Positions 1 through 9,287 of a stretch of DNA of 124,000 nt are shown here, piece after piece (positions within the stretch are counted from its first letter, which is position 1; each line of letters starts with the position of its first letter). The position numbers and the translations under genes are program-made. Source of the DNA: Hyalangium minutum (GTDB taxonomy: Bacteria > Myxococcota > Myxococcia > Myxococcales > Myxococcaceae); the NCBI RefSeq assembly GCF_000737315.1, contig NZ_JMCB01000004.1:20001-144000 (forward strand), read 5' to 3'. The notes under the pieces are model-generated. The model did not search any database, had not been told where the DNA came from, and saw only the letters and a list, made by a program, of their open reading frames with translations.

Positions 1-1
1 G

Positions 2-502
2 GAGGCCCAGAAGGGCGCGGCAGCGAACCTCTCGGCGCGCCAGGCACGAGCGCTCTTGTCGGAGGCGCTCGGCAGCGGACTGACGCAAGTTGGAGCCCTG
101 CCCGCGTCTCCGCCCGAGGCGGGATGGATGTCCCGGGTGAGCCCGCTGCCGCGCTTCTCGGAGGTGGTGGCCGCCTTGGGGAGCACGGGGGGGGCGAGCG
201 CCGGAGCGGGCACGCTGTTGAGCGGAGTTGCACCCGAAGAGCGCAAGGCGCGCCTGCTGGACTTCGTACACGAGCAGGTGAGCCTCGTCCTCCGGATGGA
301 TCGTGAGAAGATCAGCGTGGAGGCGCCGCTGCGAGGCTTCGGGATTGATTCCCTCATGGGGCTCGAGCTGCGCAACCGGCTGGAGAAGGCGTTGGGCTTC
401 CGTCTCCCCGCCACGGTGATGTGGAGCAGCCCGACGATCGCCGCCCTCGTCGAGAAGCTCCTCGAGGTCGCGGAGTCCCAACTCGTGCAGCAGACGAACT
501 GA
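2..502 (+). CDS. C-terminus of a type I PKS (partial), ending in an acyl carrier protein domain
   Basis: The frame is open to the window edge. It contains the ACP motif GIDSLMGLELRNRL and the typical LPAT..WSSPTI tail. Confidence 0.85.
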   Translation, partial: EAQKGAAANLSARQARALLSEALGSGLTQVGALPASPPEAGWMSRVSPLPRFSEVVAALGSTGGASAGAGTLLSGVAPEERKARLLDFVHEQVSLVLRMDREKISVEAPLRGFGIDSLMGLELRNRLEKALGFRLPATVMWSSPTIAALVEKLLEVAESQLVQQTN

Positions 503-521
503 GCCGCGGACAGCGGCGCGA

Positions 522-1289
522 ATGAGAGTGATGGAAAACGATACGGCACAGTGGTTGATGTTTGGAGGAACCCGGAAAGCCGCGAGGGCGCGGATCTTCT
601 GCTTCCATCACGCGGGAGGAGGCGCGTCGATGTACCGGAAGTGGGTGGAGGATCTCCCACCTGAGCTCGATCTCTATGCGGTCCAGCTTCCGGGGCGAGA
701 GTTCCGCATTCGCGAGGCCTCCTTCACGCAACTGGAGCCGCTCGTCCAGGAGCTGGCCCGGGTGCTGGGGCCTCTGCTGGAGCAGCCGTTCGCCCTCTTC
801 GGTCACAGCATGGGCGCCACCGTGGCATTCGAGCTGGCCCGCGAGCTGCGTCGGCGCGGGGCGAGGCAGCCTCTCATGTTGGGCGCCTCCGGGCGCATCG
901 CCCCCCACTGCCGCTCGCGCTTCACGCCGGTGCAGGAGCTCACGGAGGCGCAGCTCGTCGAGAAGCTCAAGAGGGGAGGCGGTCTGCCCGATTACGTCCT
1001 CAACGAGCCGGAGCTGATGGCGATGGTCCTCCCGCTGGTCCGCTCCGACTACAAGATTGTCGACGGCTACCGGCTCACTCCCGAGCCACCGCTGACCTTT
1101 CCCATTGCGGCCTTCTACGGGCTCGACGACGTGCTCACGACACCGGAGGAGATCACGGGGTGGCAGCAGCACACCACCGGTGCTTTCTCGGTGCAGGCGC
1201 TCCCGGGCGACCATTTCTTCTTGGCCAACGCCCGGCGAGAGATCTTGTGGACCCTGAGCCGGGGCATCCTGCAGGCGCTGGACAGGTGA
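522..1289 (+). CDS. Type II thioesterase (GrsT/RifR-like)
   Basis: Motifs FCFHHAGG, QLPGRE, nucleophile elbow GHSMG and catalytic GDHFF; directly follows the PKS. Confidence 0.92.
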   Translation: MRVMENDTAQWLMFGGTRKAARARIFCFHHAGGGASMYRKWVEDLPPELDLYAVQLPGREFRIREASFTQLEPLVQELARVLGPLLEQPFALFGHSMGATVAFELARELRRRGARQPLMLGASGRIAPHCRSRFTPVQELTEAQLVEKLKRGGGLPDYVLNEPELMAMVLPLVRSDYKIVDGYRLTPEPPLTFPIAAFYGLDDVLTTPEEITGWQQHTTGAFSVQALPGDHFFLANARREILWTLSRGILQALDR

Positions 1290-1331
1290 TCCCTGGTGCG
1301 AGGGAGGGAGCGAGCCTCCTCCCCTCGCTTC

Positions 1332-2654
1332 TCAGGAGAGGAGCTTCTGGGCCAGCCGCACGCGCACACCGTTCTTGGGCCCCACACCCACTCCCTGGCG
1401 CACCGGCACCTCCGCTGGATCGGCCAGCTCCAGATCGAAGTTCCGCACGATCGTCGCGAGTACGACCTTCAGCTGCTGCTCCGCGAACGCGGCCCCAAGG
1501 CAGCGCCGCACCCCCGCCCCGAAGGGGATGAACTCGTAGGGGGTGAACTTGCGCTCGAGGAAGCGCTCCGGGCGGAACGTGTCCGGCTCCGGGTACAGAT
1601 CCTCGCGAGAGTGGATCATCCGGCTGAACACCGCGACACCGGCGCCCGCAGGCAGGGTATAGCCGCGGACCTGGATGGGCGCCCGCAGCTTGCGGAACAT
1701 GTCCGGCACGGGCGGGTAGATGCGCAGCGTCTCGTTGCAGACGGCTCCCAGGTAGGGGAGCGAGGCGTACGCCTCGGGGCCTGCGTCGGCGGGCAGGCCC
1801 GCCAGCTCCTCGCGGAGCTTGCGCAGGATCTCGGGGGACCGGTAGGTCCAGTAAACGCCCCAGGCGATCGCAGTGGCGGTGGCGGCGTAGCCCGCCACGA
1901 GCAGTCCCACCAGCTCTTTGCTCACCTGCTCGTTGGTCATCCCCGTGCCGTCGTCGTACTTCGACGTCATCATGAGGTTGAGCATGTCATCCGGCGCGGC
2001 CTCGAGATTGGCGCGGCGGGCCGTGAGCTGCTCGGCGATCAGCGCGTCCAGGCGTGCGTTGGCGCGCAGGTACCTCGCGTAGGGGCCAACTCCGCCGAAC
2101 TCATGACGCAGCCAACTGAAGAAGAGCAGGGCGGGCGTCGTCGCCTTCTGGAGCTCGACGAAGGCCTCCTCGAAGCGCGCGACCAGGGAGTCATCGGCCA
2201 GGCCAAAGACGTTGCGGAGGATCACCTCGCGCGTGATGCCGCGGGACACCTCGTGCATGGGGATCGTCTCACCGGGGCGCACCGCGCCCATCCGCTTGAG
2301 CGCTACCTGCTGCATCGTGCCAGCGTAGGCCCGCATGCGAGCGCCCAGGAACGGCGGCATCAGCAGCTTGCGCTGGCGCCGGTGCGGCTCGCCAACGATC
2401 AGGGGGACGGAGCCATCGCGGAAGACCATCCGCAGGTTTTCGGGCGCGAAGATCTCGTAGCTCGTGGGGTCCGCCGTGAGGACCTCGCGTGCCCCCTCGG
2501 GCTCGCCGGTGATGATCAGCGGCCCTTCCAGAGTCTTGACGGTCAGGGTGTCGCCGTAGTTCTTCCGGAACCAGGCGTAGGCCCCGACGGGATCGGTCAT
2601 GTAGCGGAACGTCTCGACGAGGGCGATGGAGGGGCCAGGGGGAAGGGGAGCCAT
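1332..2654 (-). CDS. Cytochrome P450
   Basis: ExxR (ETLR), PERF and heme motif FGAGVRRCLG. Start moved to ATG 2654 (MAPLPPGP). Confidence 0.93.
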   Translation of the reverse strand: MAPLPPGPSIALVETFRYMTDPVGAYAWFRKNYGDTLTVKTLEGPLIITGEPEGAREVLTADPTSYEIFAPENLRMVFRDGSVPLIVGEPHRRQRKLLMPPFLGARMRAYAGTMQQVALKRMGAVRPGETIPMHEVSRGITREVILRNVFGLADDSLVARFEEAFVELQKATTPALLFFSWLRHEFGGVGPYARYLRANARLDALIAEQLTARRANLEAAPDDMLNLMMTSKYDDGTGMTNEQVSKELVGLLVAGYAATATAIAWGVYWTYRSPEILRKLREELAGLPADAGPEAYASLPYLGAVCNETLRIYPPVPDMFRKLRAPIQVRGYTLPAGAGVAVFSRMIHSREDLYPEPDTFRPERFLERKFTPYEFIPFGAGVRRCLGAAFAEQQLKVVLATIVRNFDLELADPAEVPVRQGVGVGPKNGVRVRLAQKLLS

Positions 2655-2685
2655 AGCGGTCTGTCCTGTGTTGAAGCTCTGTCGT

Positions 2686-5517
2686 TTACGGTGCGGCGGA
2701 GTGAGCCACGTTGATGGGGCTGCCGCTGGGCTCGTCGCCGTCGTAGATGCCATCCAGGTTCCGGTCGATGCCGATGCGCGCTCCGGAGCCGGGTGGCACA
2801 CAGGTGTAGGTCAGCTCTCGCCCCGGCTTCGAGGCGAGCGCACGCAGCGCCTCCGCGCTGAGCGGCTTTCGCGAGCGCTGGTCGGGCTGAAACCCGGCCC
2901 CGGGGCGGTAGAGAAAGCCGAGCTCTCGCTGGGGGCCAGCGCCCTTCACCACCAGATCGCACTCCTGCGCTTCGGCCTGGGCGATCAGCAGCTCGATGCG
3001 GGGGCCCGCCACCGTCAGGTTGCTCGAGGTGAGCGTCACCTGCTGGCCCACGATAGGCGCCAGGTTGGAGGGGAAGACGAACATGAACGACTCGATCTGG
3101 CGGCGCACCACGTTGGACTCGGGGGTGAGCGGAAAGCCGCCACGCGAGAAGAGCGAGGTGAAGCCCAGGTTGCTGAAGAAGCGGAAGATGGTGTCGATGC
3201 TGCCCGAGTGCGTGAAGCCGAAGCCCCGGACCTGATCCCCCATGAACTCGTTGTTGCCCTTGAGGAACGAATCGCCGGCCAGCGCCATGCCGAACATGCC
3301 CGTCTTCTGGTACATGTTGCGCAGGTGGGGAATCTTGAGCAGCTGGGGGTTGAAGTCGAAGGTCATCCTCCCGTCCGTGCCAAAGAAGCCCGGCGCGGCG
3401 GTCGTGGGGTTGGCCTTCGGATCCAGCGCGTGGCAGCCGATGCAGGTGGCGATGGTGTTGGCGTTGCGGGTGAGGAACTCCTGGCGCCCCACCTCCTGAT
3501 CCGGCGTGAGCGAGTTGTCCAGGTTCCGGATGGGGTTGGGAGGGTAGGTGAGCTGTAGGGCGAAGCGGGTGAGCGCCTCCAGGGCGTCATCTGGCAGCTG
3601 CTTGTCGCGGCCTAGGACGTTCATGAAGCCAGCGGTCTCGCGGAACGCGGCCTTCTCGTCGAACGCGCCCGTGTCCGGCTGGGAGCTGCCCCCGCGGGTG
3701 GCCTTCACTCGCTCGCCGTGCCAGTGCATGGGCCCGGCGTTGAGCAATCCGCGCAGGGACTGCGTCGTCGTGGGGCCTTTCAGGGGGTGGAACACCGGAT
3801 CGGTGATGACTTGCCTGTAGAGGGGATTCGTCAGCGGCTCGACGACGAAGGGACCCGAGACGGGCACCACGGGCGCATCGGGGTTGCCCAGATCCCAGGC
3901 CAGGCTGTCGAAGTCGCCGTAGACGTGGCAGCTCGCGCACGCCGTGTCCCCGTGGCTGGAGCCGACGGACGCGTCATAGAGGTAGCGGCGCCCCTGAGAG
4001 ACGCTCGCGGGCTCCGGGTTGTACAGGGGGACGTGGGCCACCTCGGTCCGGCTCTGGGTGCTGATGACGGAGATGGCGTTGTCGAAGCGCGCCAGCACGT
4101 ACAACTTGCCGCGGGCCTCATCGAGCACCAGCCCGGTGGGGCCACCTCCGGGCACGTGGATCTGCTGCTTCGTGTCCGGCACGAAGGAGTCCTTCTCAAG
4201 CGCCTCGGTGTCGAAGATGCCGATCTTGTCCGAGCCGAGGGCCGCGACGTACAGCGTCTTCCCGTCGCCTGTCACCGCCATGGACTGGGGGAGCGCGAGG
4301 CTGCGGACGCTCTCGTCATTCGGCAGGGGCTCGCAGCACTTGCTGTAGTCGATGTGCTTGTTGAGGTGACGCGGTTGGGCACCCTCGGGGCCTAGCACGC
4401 TGATGCGGCTCTCCACGGTATGCCCGCGCAGGGTGTGGCCGGCGAAGATGCCGGGGCCCTCGAAGCGCTGGAGGTTGCGGGCCTCGGTGTTGGACACGTA
4501 GAGCTTGCCGCTCACCGGGTTGACGGCGAGGTTGTAGAGGATGGTGCCCGCACCGGTGAAGAAGCCCTCGGGGCCCTCGAGCTGCTGGGGCACAGGGGCC
4601 ATGGCATCGATCACGAAGACGTCCTTGTCCGGCAGCGCCAGCTTCACCTTCTCGTCCCAGGTGCGGCCTTCCACATCCACCCAGTGGGTTCCGTCGAACT
4701 GGAGGATCAGCCCGCTCTCTGGAGCGGGGATGCCCTGGAAGTTGGTGCTGGGGCCGGGCACGGCCTTGGTCCCCTTCTTGGGGTCCTTGCCGAAGCCGTT
4801 GGGGACCAGCCGCTCGTGGATGGCCGTGGTGCGGTTGCCGGAGTGGAAGGCGGCCGCATAGACACGGCTCCCGTCGGGGGTGACCGCGAGCGCGCGCGGC
4901 GTGTCGCTGAAAAGCCGGACCAGCGTCAGCGGCTCTCCTCCGAGCGTGGTGCCCAGATTGGCTGCATCGAAGACCCAGACGTCGGCGCGGCCGATGCCCG
5001 GAGTGGTGAGCTGGGGATCGAACGGTGCGTTCTGGCCTCGGTGGGCGGCGGTGATGAAGGCGCGGCGGCGCTCCGGCCCGGCGAAGACGATGTCTCGCGG
5101 CTCGTCACCGACGAGCAGGGTGCGCACCACGCGGCCGCGGCGGGTCTTCGCATCCAGCGCCACGACGCTCACACTGTCAGACAGGTGGTTGACGACCCAC
5201 ACCTCGGTGTCGCTGCGCGCGGCGACGGCGACAGGTTCCAGGCCCACCACCACAGAGGTCCGGTGGACCAGCCCGGTACTCTCGACGCTGAAGACCTCCA
5301 GCCGGTTGTCCGGCGTGTTGGTGGCGAAGAGGAGCTTTCCGCTCGGGGAGAGGGCGAGGGGACGCACCTGGCCGCTCTCGAAGAGTGTGAAGGAGGAGCG
5401 GGAGGGAGGAGGTGCGCCGTTCTTGTCCGGGACTGTGGCCGGAGCGGCGTGGACCAGCGTCGCCACGGCGGCGGCGCAGAGGAGACAGGCACGAAGGAGA
5501 GCAGGAGAACGAGGCAT
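2686..5517 (-). CDS. Secreted YncE/YVTN-type beta-propeller protein with two c-type heme motifs
   Basis: Signal peptide, repeated propeller blades (GLEPVAVA, GDEPRDIV, GGGPTGLVL), CASCH and CIGCH. Confidence 0.8.
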   Translation of the reverse strand: MPRSPALLRACLLCAAAVATLVHAAPATVPDKNGAPPPSRSSFTLFESGQVRPLALSPSGKLLFATNTPDNRLEVFSVESTGLVHRTSVVVGLEPVAVAARSDTEVWVVNHLSDSVSVVALDAKTRRGRVVRTLLVGDEPRDIVFAGPERRRAFITAAHRGQNAPFDPQLTTPGIGRADVWVFDAANLGTTLGGEPLTLVRLFSDTPRALAVTPDGSRVYAAAFHSGNRTTAIHERLVPNGFGKDPKKGTKAVPGPSTNFQGIPAPESGLILQFDGTHWVDVEGRTWDEKVKLALPDKDVFVIDAMAPVPQQLEGPEGFFTGAGTILYNLAVNPVSGKLYVSNTEARNLQRFEGPGIFAGHTLRGHTVESRISVLGPEGAQPRHLNKHIDYSKCCEPLPNDESVRSLALPQSMAVTGDGKTLYVAALGSDKIGIFDTEALEKDSFVPDTKQQIHVPGGGPTGLVLDEARGKLYVLARFDNAISVISTQSRTEVAHVPLYNPEPASVSQGRRYLYDASVGSSHGDTACASCHVYGDFDSLAWDLGNPDAPVVPVSGPFVVEPLTNPLYRQVITDPVFHPLKGPTTTQSLRGLLNAGPMHWHGERVKATRGGSSQPDTGAFDEKAAFRETAGFMNVLGRDKQLPDDALEALTRFALQLTYPPNPIRNLDNSLTPDQEVGRQEFLTRNANTIATCIGCHALDPKANPTTAAPGFFGTDGRMTFDFNPQLLKIPHLRNMYQKTGMFGMALAGDSFLKGNNEFMGDQVRGFGFTHSGSIDTIFRFFSNLGFTSLFSRGGFPLTPESNVVRRQIESFMFVFPSNLAPIVGQQVTLTSSNLTVAGPRIELLIAQAEAQECDLVVKGAGPQRELGFLYRPGAGFQPDQRSRKPLSAEALRALASKPGRELTYTCVPPGSGARIGIDRNLDGIYDGDEPSGSPINVAHSAAP

Positions 5518-5741
5518 GCGTCAGAGGAGCAGGACGTGGGAGCCCGTCAATGCGGCGGGGGCACCGCGGAATCTTCCTGGGAAGAGAGGAGGACTGAATC
5601 CCTCGGGGCCGAGGGGGCGTTGCCACGGAGCACGGTGCCGCGAATCAGAGACTGTTCAACAGGTGACCAAATATAGAACGATGATCATCCGCGATCCACC
5701 GTGGGGGGGACGCGCGGATCAACGAGAGGGAGTTGAGAGAC

Positions 5742-7049
5742 GTGGCCTCTGGAACGGATGTGCTGAGAGCACTGGGTGACTTCGAGCGTGCGTTCTGGCT
5801 GATGGATCAGACCCACAGCGTCAACTTCGCCATCATCGCGCACGTGAGAGGAGCGCTGGAGCCTCAGGTGCTCGAACGTGCGCTCGCGCTGCTTCAGGCC
5901 CGGCATCCGCTGCTGGGCGCCCGGATCACCGACTCCGGACCCGCCTCGTTCGGTAGGGGCGGGGTGCCACCCATTCCCCTACGTGAGGCGTCCCGTGGCT
6001 CCGAGGATCAGTGGCGCCAGGAGGTGGAGCACGAGCTGAATACTCCGCTGCCCTGGAGCCAGGGGCCGCTGGTGCGCGCCGTCCTCGTGCGAGCGGCGGA
6101 GCAGAGTGAGATCCTGCTCACCTTTCACCACTCGGCGGGAGATGGGCGCTCGGGGATGTACGCGATGAGGGATCTGCTCACGTTCGCGGCCTCGCTCATG
6201 GGCGGGGCGCCGGTGGCGGCGGAAGCCGTGCGATTCCCGCCCAGCATCGAGGAGCTGTCCGCTCCGCACGTGCGAGGGCTGCGGGCCTTCGGGCGGGTTG
6301 CGCGGTTCTTGGGCTCGACGGTGCTGGCGATGAGCCGGCGCCCCGGGAAGCTCCCCTCGCAGAGCCAGGAAGTGAAGGCGCGGACCGCCCTGCTCCATGG
6401 GGAGCTGTCCCCGGAAGAGGGCGAGCGGCTTCGTGCCCGCTGCCGAAAGGAGTCGGCCACGGTCCACGGAGTGCTCTGCGGCGCCATGCTCCGGGCGGCG
6501 GCGGCCCAGCTCGACGGCCTCACCCACTCCTCCAAGCCGCGCTTCCTGAGCTGCTATTCGCCCGTTGATCTGCGGGACATGTTCCAGGAGTCCGTGGCCC
6601 CAGGCGCCGTGGGCTATTTCCTGGGGATGGGGCTGAGCTTCCACCGCGTCGACCGTTCGGCGGAGATCTGGCCCCTGGCGCGCGAGGTGGGGGAGCGCCT
6701 GCGCACCATGCGGGAGGACGGCACCATCGTCGCTGCCACCCACTTCCAGAGCCGCGTACAGAAGGGCTGGGACGTGAAGACCGCCGCGAGCAGCGCGCCC
6801 CCGGTCACCGCCGCGGTGTCCAACCTCCGGGAGGTGGACATCCCCGGCCAGTACGGCCCGCTCGCCTTGGACGGTGTCCATTTCTCCCTGGCGAGCCATG
6901 GCTGGGGAACCGCCCCTGTGCTCACCGTGGCGACCTACCAGGGGCGCATGCAGTTGAACTTCACCTACAGCCTCCCTCGCGTGCCCGAGGAGTGGGGCCG
7001 CCAGGTGTTCGAGCGCGCCCTCGGGGAGCTTCGTGCCCTGGCCGCTTGA
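5742..7049 (+). CDS. Condensation-domain / PapA5-like acyltransferase
   Basis: HHSAGDG (HHxxxDG) active-site motif, RHPLL and PVDLR. Start taken as GTG 5742. Confidence 0.8.
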   Translation: MASGTDVLRALGDFERAFWLMDQTHSVNFAIIAHVRGALEPQVLERALALLQARHPLLGARITDSGPASFGRGGVPPIPLREASRGSEDQWRQEVEHELNTPLPWSQGPLVRAVLVRAAEQSEILLTFHHSAGDGRSGMYAMRDLLTFAASLMGGAPVAAEAVRFPPSIEELSAPHVRGLRAFGRVARFLGSTVLAMSRRPGKLPSQSQEVKARTALLHGELSPEEGERLRARCRKESATVHGVLCGAMLRAAAAQLDGLTHSSKPRFLSCYSPVDLRDMFQESVAPGAVGYFLGMGLSFHRVDRSAEIWPLAREVGERLRTMREDGTIVAATHFQSRVQKGWDVKTAASSAPPVTAAVSNLREVDIPGQYGPLALDGVHFSLASHGWGTAPVLTVATYQGRMQLNFTYSLPRVPEEWGRQVFERALGELRALAA

Positions 7050-7071
7050 GCCCGCTGCGGCCGGGGGTGGA

Positions 7072-7497
7072 TCAGGCGATCTTCGTCGGCAGGGCCTCGC
7101 TCTTGCGGGTGCCACGCCAGAAGGGCCACGCGTCGTAGAGGTACAGCCCGAAGGGCACCAGCCAGATGACGTCGTTGGTGAGGGTGAGCACGATGGAGGC
7201 AGGGGGCCAATCTCCACGGAGGACGAGCCCGATGGAGGGCAGCCCCAGCAGCTTGCCCAGCATCCCCGCCGCGGCGGGGACGAAGCCCTGCTCAGGATTC
7301 CGTCCCACCTCCAGGTAGATGATACCGAAGCAGCCCACGACGACGCCCAGCCCTGCGAAGATGCCGGGGTGGTTGAGGGGCTGCATGCCCGCGAAGCGGA
7401 AGAGCCACTGTTGATCCACCAGGGCGTAGAGCCCCCAGAGGATGTTGTAGATCCCCGCCAGGGTGAAGGTTGCGCGGTGCAGGGCGCGCCGTTTCAT
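7072..7497 (-). CDS. Hypothetical membrane protein (about 4 TM)
   Basis: 141-aa hydrophobic ORF filling the gap between flanking genes. Confidence 0.7.
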   Translation of the reverse strand: MKRRALHRATFTLAGIYNILWGLYALVDQQWLFRFAGMQPLNHPGIFAGLGVVVGCFGIIYLEVGRNPEQGFVPAAAGMLGKLLGLPSIGLVLRGDWPPASIVLTLTNDVIWLVPFGLYLYDAWPFWRGTRKSEALPTKIA

Positions 7498-7594
7498 GAA
7501 GGACTCCCTTGGGTGCTGGAGCCCGCTCCGGCTCGCGAATGCCGATGACGGGGCCCAGGTGAACTATAAGTGGAATGAAGTACAGGAGAGAAAC

Positions 7595-8548
7595 GTGACG
7601 ATCGCGATCTTGGGTGCAGCGGGGGCCGTTGGAAAGGCGGTGGCTGCGGCACTTCGGCAGCGCAACATTCCCTTTCGTGCCGTGGGCCGCAACAAGGCCC
7701 GGCTGGAGGCAGCCTTCAAGGACTACCCTGGCGCCGAGCTCGTGGAGGCGGATCTCATGACGGTGGAGGGAGCGCGCAAGGCCTCCCGGGGCATGAGCAC
7801 GCTCATCCATACCGCGGGGGTGACCTACACCGAGTTCGAGCGGCTGCCGCCGATGATGCGCGCGTCCATCGACGGTGCGGTGGCCGAGGGCGTGAAGCGG
7901 ATCGTCCTGGCCACCAACGTCTATCCCTACGGCCGGCCCCGCACCTCGCCCGTGAAGGAAGATCACCCGCGCGAGCCGCACACGAAGAAGGGCCAACTGC
8001 GCAAGCAGCAGGAGGATCTGCTGCTGGAGGCACATGCCCAGGGCAAGCTGCAGGGACTGGTGGTGCGCTTCCCGGACTTCTACGGGGCGGACGCGGAGTA
8101 CAGCTTTGCCATCGGCATGGCTCAGGCGGCGGTGGCCGGCAAGGCGGCGAACCTGGTGGGCAACATCGATCTGCCCCACGAGTTCATCTACATCCCGGAC
8201 GCGGGACCGGTGCTGGTGGACCTGGCCCTTCGCGATGACGTCTGGGGCGAGGTCTGGCACTGCGGTGGGGCGAGCACCATCACTCAGCGTCAGTTCGTCA
8301 CCCAGCTCTTCGAGGCGGCGGGCCGCAAGCCGAAGTTCCGGGCGGCGGGCTCGGGGCTGGTGCGCATGATTGGCCTCTTCGATCCCTTCATGCGCGAGCT
8401 GTTTGAGATGATGTACCAGTGGCAGGAGACCCCCCTGGTGCTGGACGACTCCAAGCTGCGCGTGAAGCTCGGGAACGTGAAGAAGACGTCCTACGAGGAC
8501 GGCATCCGCCAGACCATTGGGGAGCTCAAAGCTCGGACGGCGAAGTAG
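7595..8548 (+). CDS. NAD-dependent epimerase/dehydratase (NmrA/SDR-like)
   Basis: Rossmann motif ILGAAGAVG, plus NVYPYG and DFYG. GTG 7595 follows an AGGAG Shine-Dalgarno (SD) sequence. Confidence 0.85.
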   Translation: MTIAILGAAGAVGKAVAAALRQRNIPFRAVGRNKARLEAAFKDYPGAELVEADLMTVEGARKASRGMSTLIHTAGVTYTEFERLPPMMRASIDGAVAEGVKRIVLATNVYPYGRPRTSPVKEDHPREPHTKKGQLRKQQEDLLLEAHAQGKLQGLVVRFPDFYGADAEYSFAIGMAQAAVAGKAANLVGNIDLPHEFIYIPDAGPVLVDLALRDDVWGEVWHCGGASTITQRQFVTQLFEAAGRKPKFRAAGSGLVRMIGLFDPFMRELFEMMYQWQETPLVLDDSKLRVKLGNVKKTSYEDGIRQTIGELKARTAK

Positions 8549-8643
8549 CGGACGCGCGCCCGCGTCACTTTGATCAAGGCCCTCCTGATGAAGTACGTCA
8601 ACGATTGATACCTGTGCTGACTTCCTCTCCCAATCCGGATCCC

Positions 8644-9261
8644 ATGCGCCACCACCCTGTTCAAGTTGCTCTCCTCCTCTCCGCCTCTGTGCTCTTGACG
8701 GGGCTGATCTTCGTCTCCTGCGCCACGGACAGCAGCTCCACCGCCGTGCAAGCTCAGGCTCCGCAGACCTGTGACTCGTGCCTGGCCGGAACGTGCGCGG
8801 AGAAGAGCCAAGCCTGCTTGAGTGACCCCACCTGCCGCGAGACGTTCGAGTGCGCGCAGAAGTGCGGGGACAGGGACAAGTGGTGCGTCTGGAACTGCGT
8901 CCTGGCGCGCCCCCAGAGCGTGCCGAAGTTCTTCCCCGCCGCCCACTGCACCACCAAGCAGTGCTCTCCCGCTTGCCAGTTTCCGGCGCGGATTATCGAC
9001 TCGTGCTTGGAGTGCAATGCCACCTACTGTGGCCAGGCGATGAGCGGCTGCTTCGAGAACCGGGAGTGCTGGACGCTGGTGCACTGCGTGCGCAACAACT
9101 GCCAGCCCGGAGACCTGGAGTGCGCGCAGGAGTGCATTGGCGAGCATCCGGACGGCCTCGCTTCGATCCAGCCGCTGCGTGACTGCGGCGGGGATCACTG
9201 CGCGGAGCAGTGCTCCAGGCGCGAGAACTACGATCTCCCCGATGGGGGCGCCCCGCGCTAG
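8644..9261 (+). CDS. Cysteine-rich putative lipoprotein with two internal repeats
   Basis: Hydrophobic leader ending in lipobox-like FVSC, then two similar Cys-spaced modules. Confidence 0.75.
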   Translation: MRHHPVQVALLLSASVLLTGLIFVSCATDSSSTAVQAQAPQTCDSCLAGTCAEKSQACLSDPTCRETFECAQKCGDRDKWCVWNCVLARPQSVPKFFPAAHCTTKQCSPACQFPARIIDSCLECNATYCGQAMSGCFENRECWTLVHCVRNNCQPGDLECAQECIGEHPDGLASIQPLRDCGGDHCAEQCSRRENYDLPDGGAPR

Positions 9262-9287
9262 GCCGCCCCGCGCCAGGCCGCCGCGTG

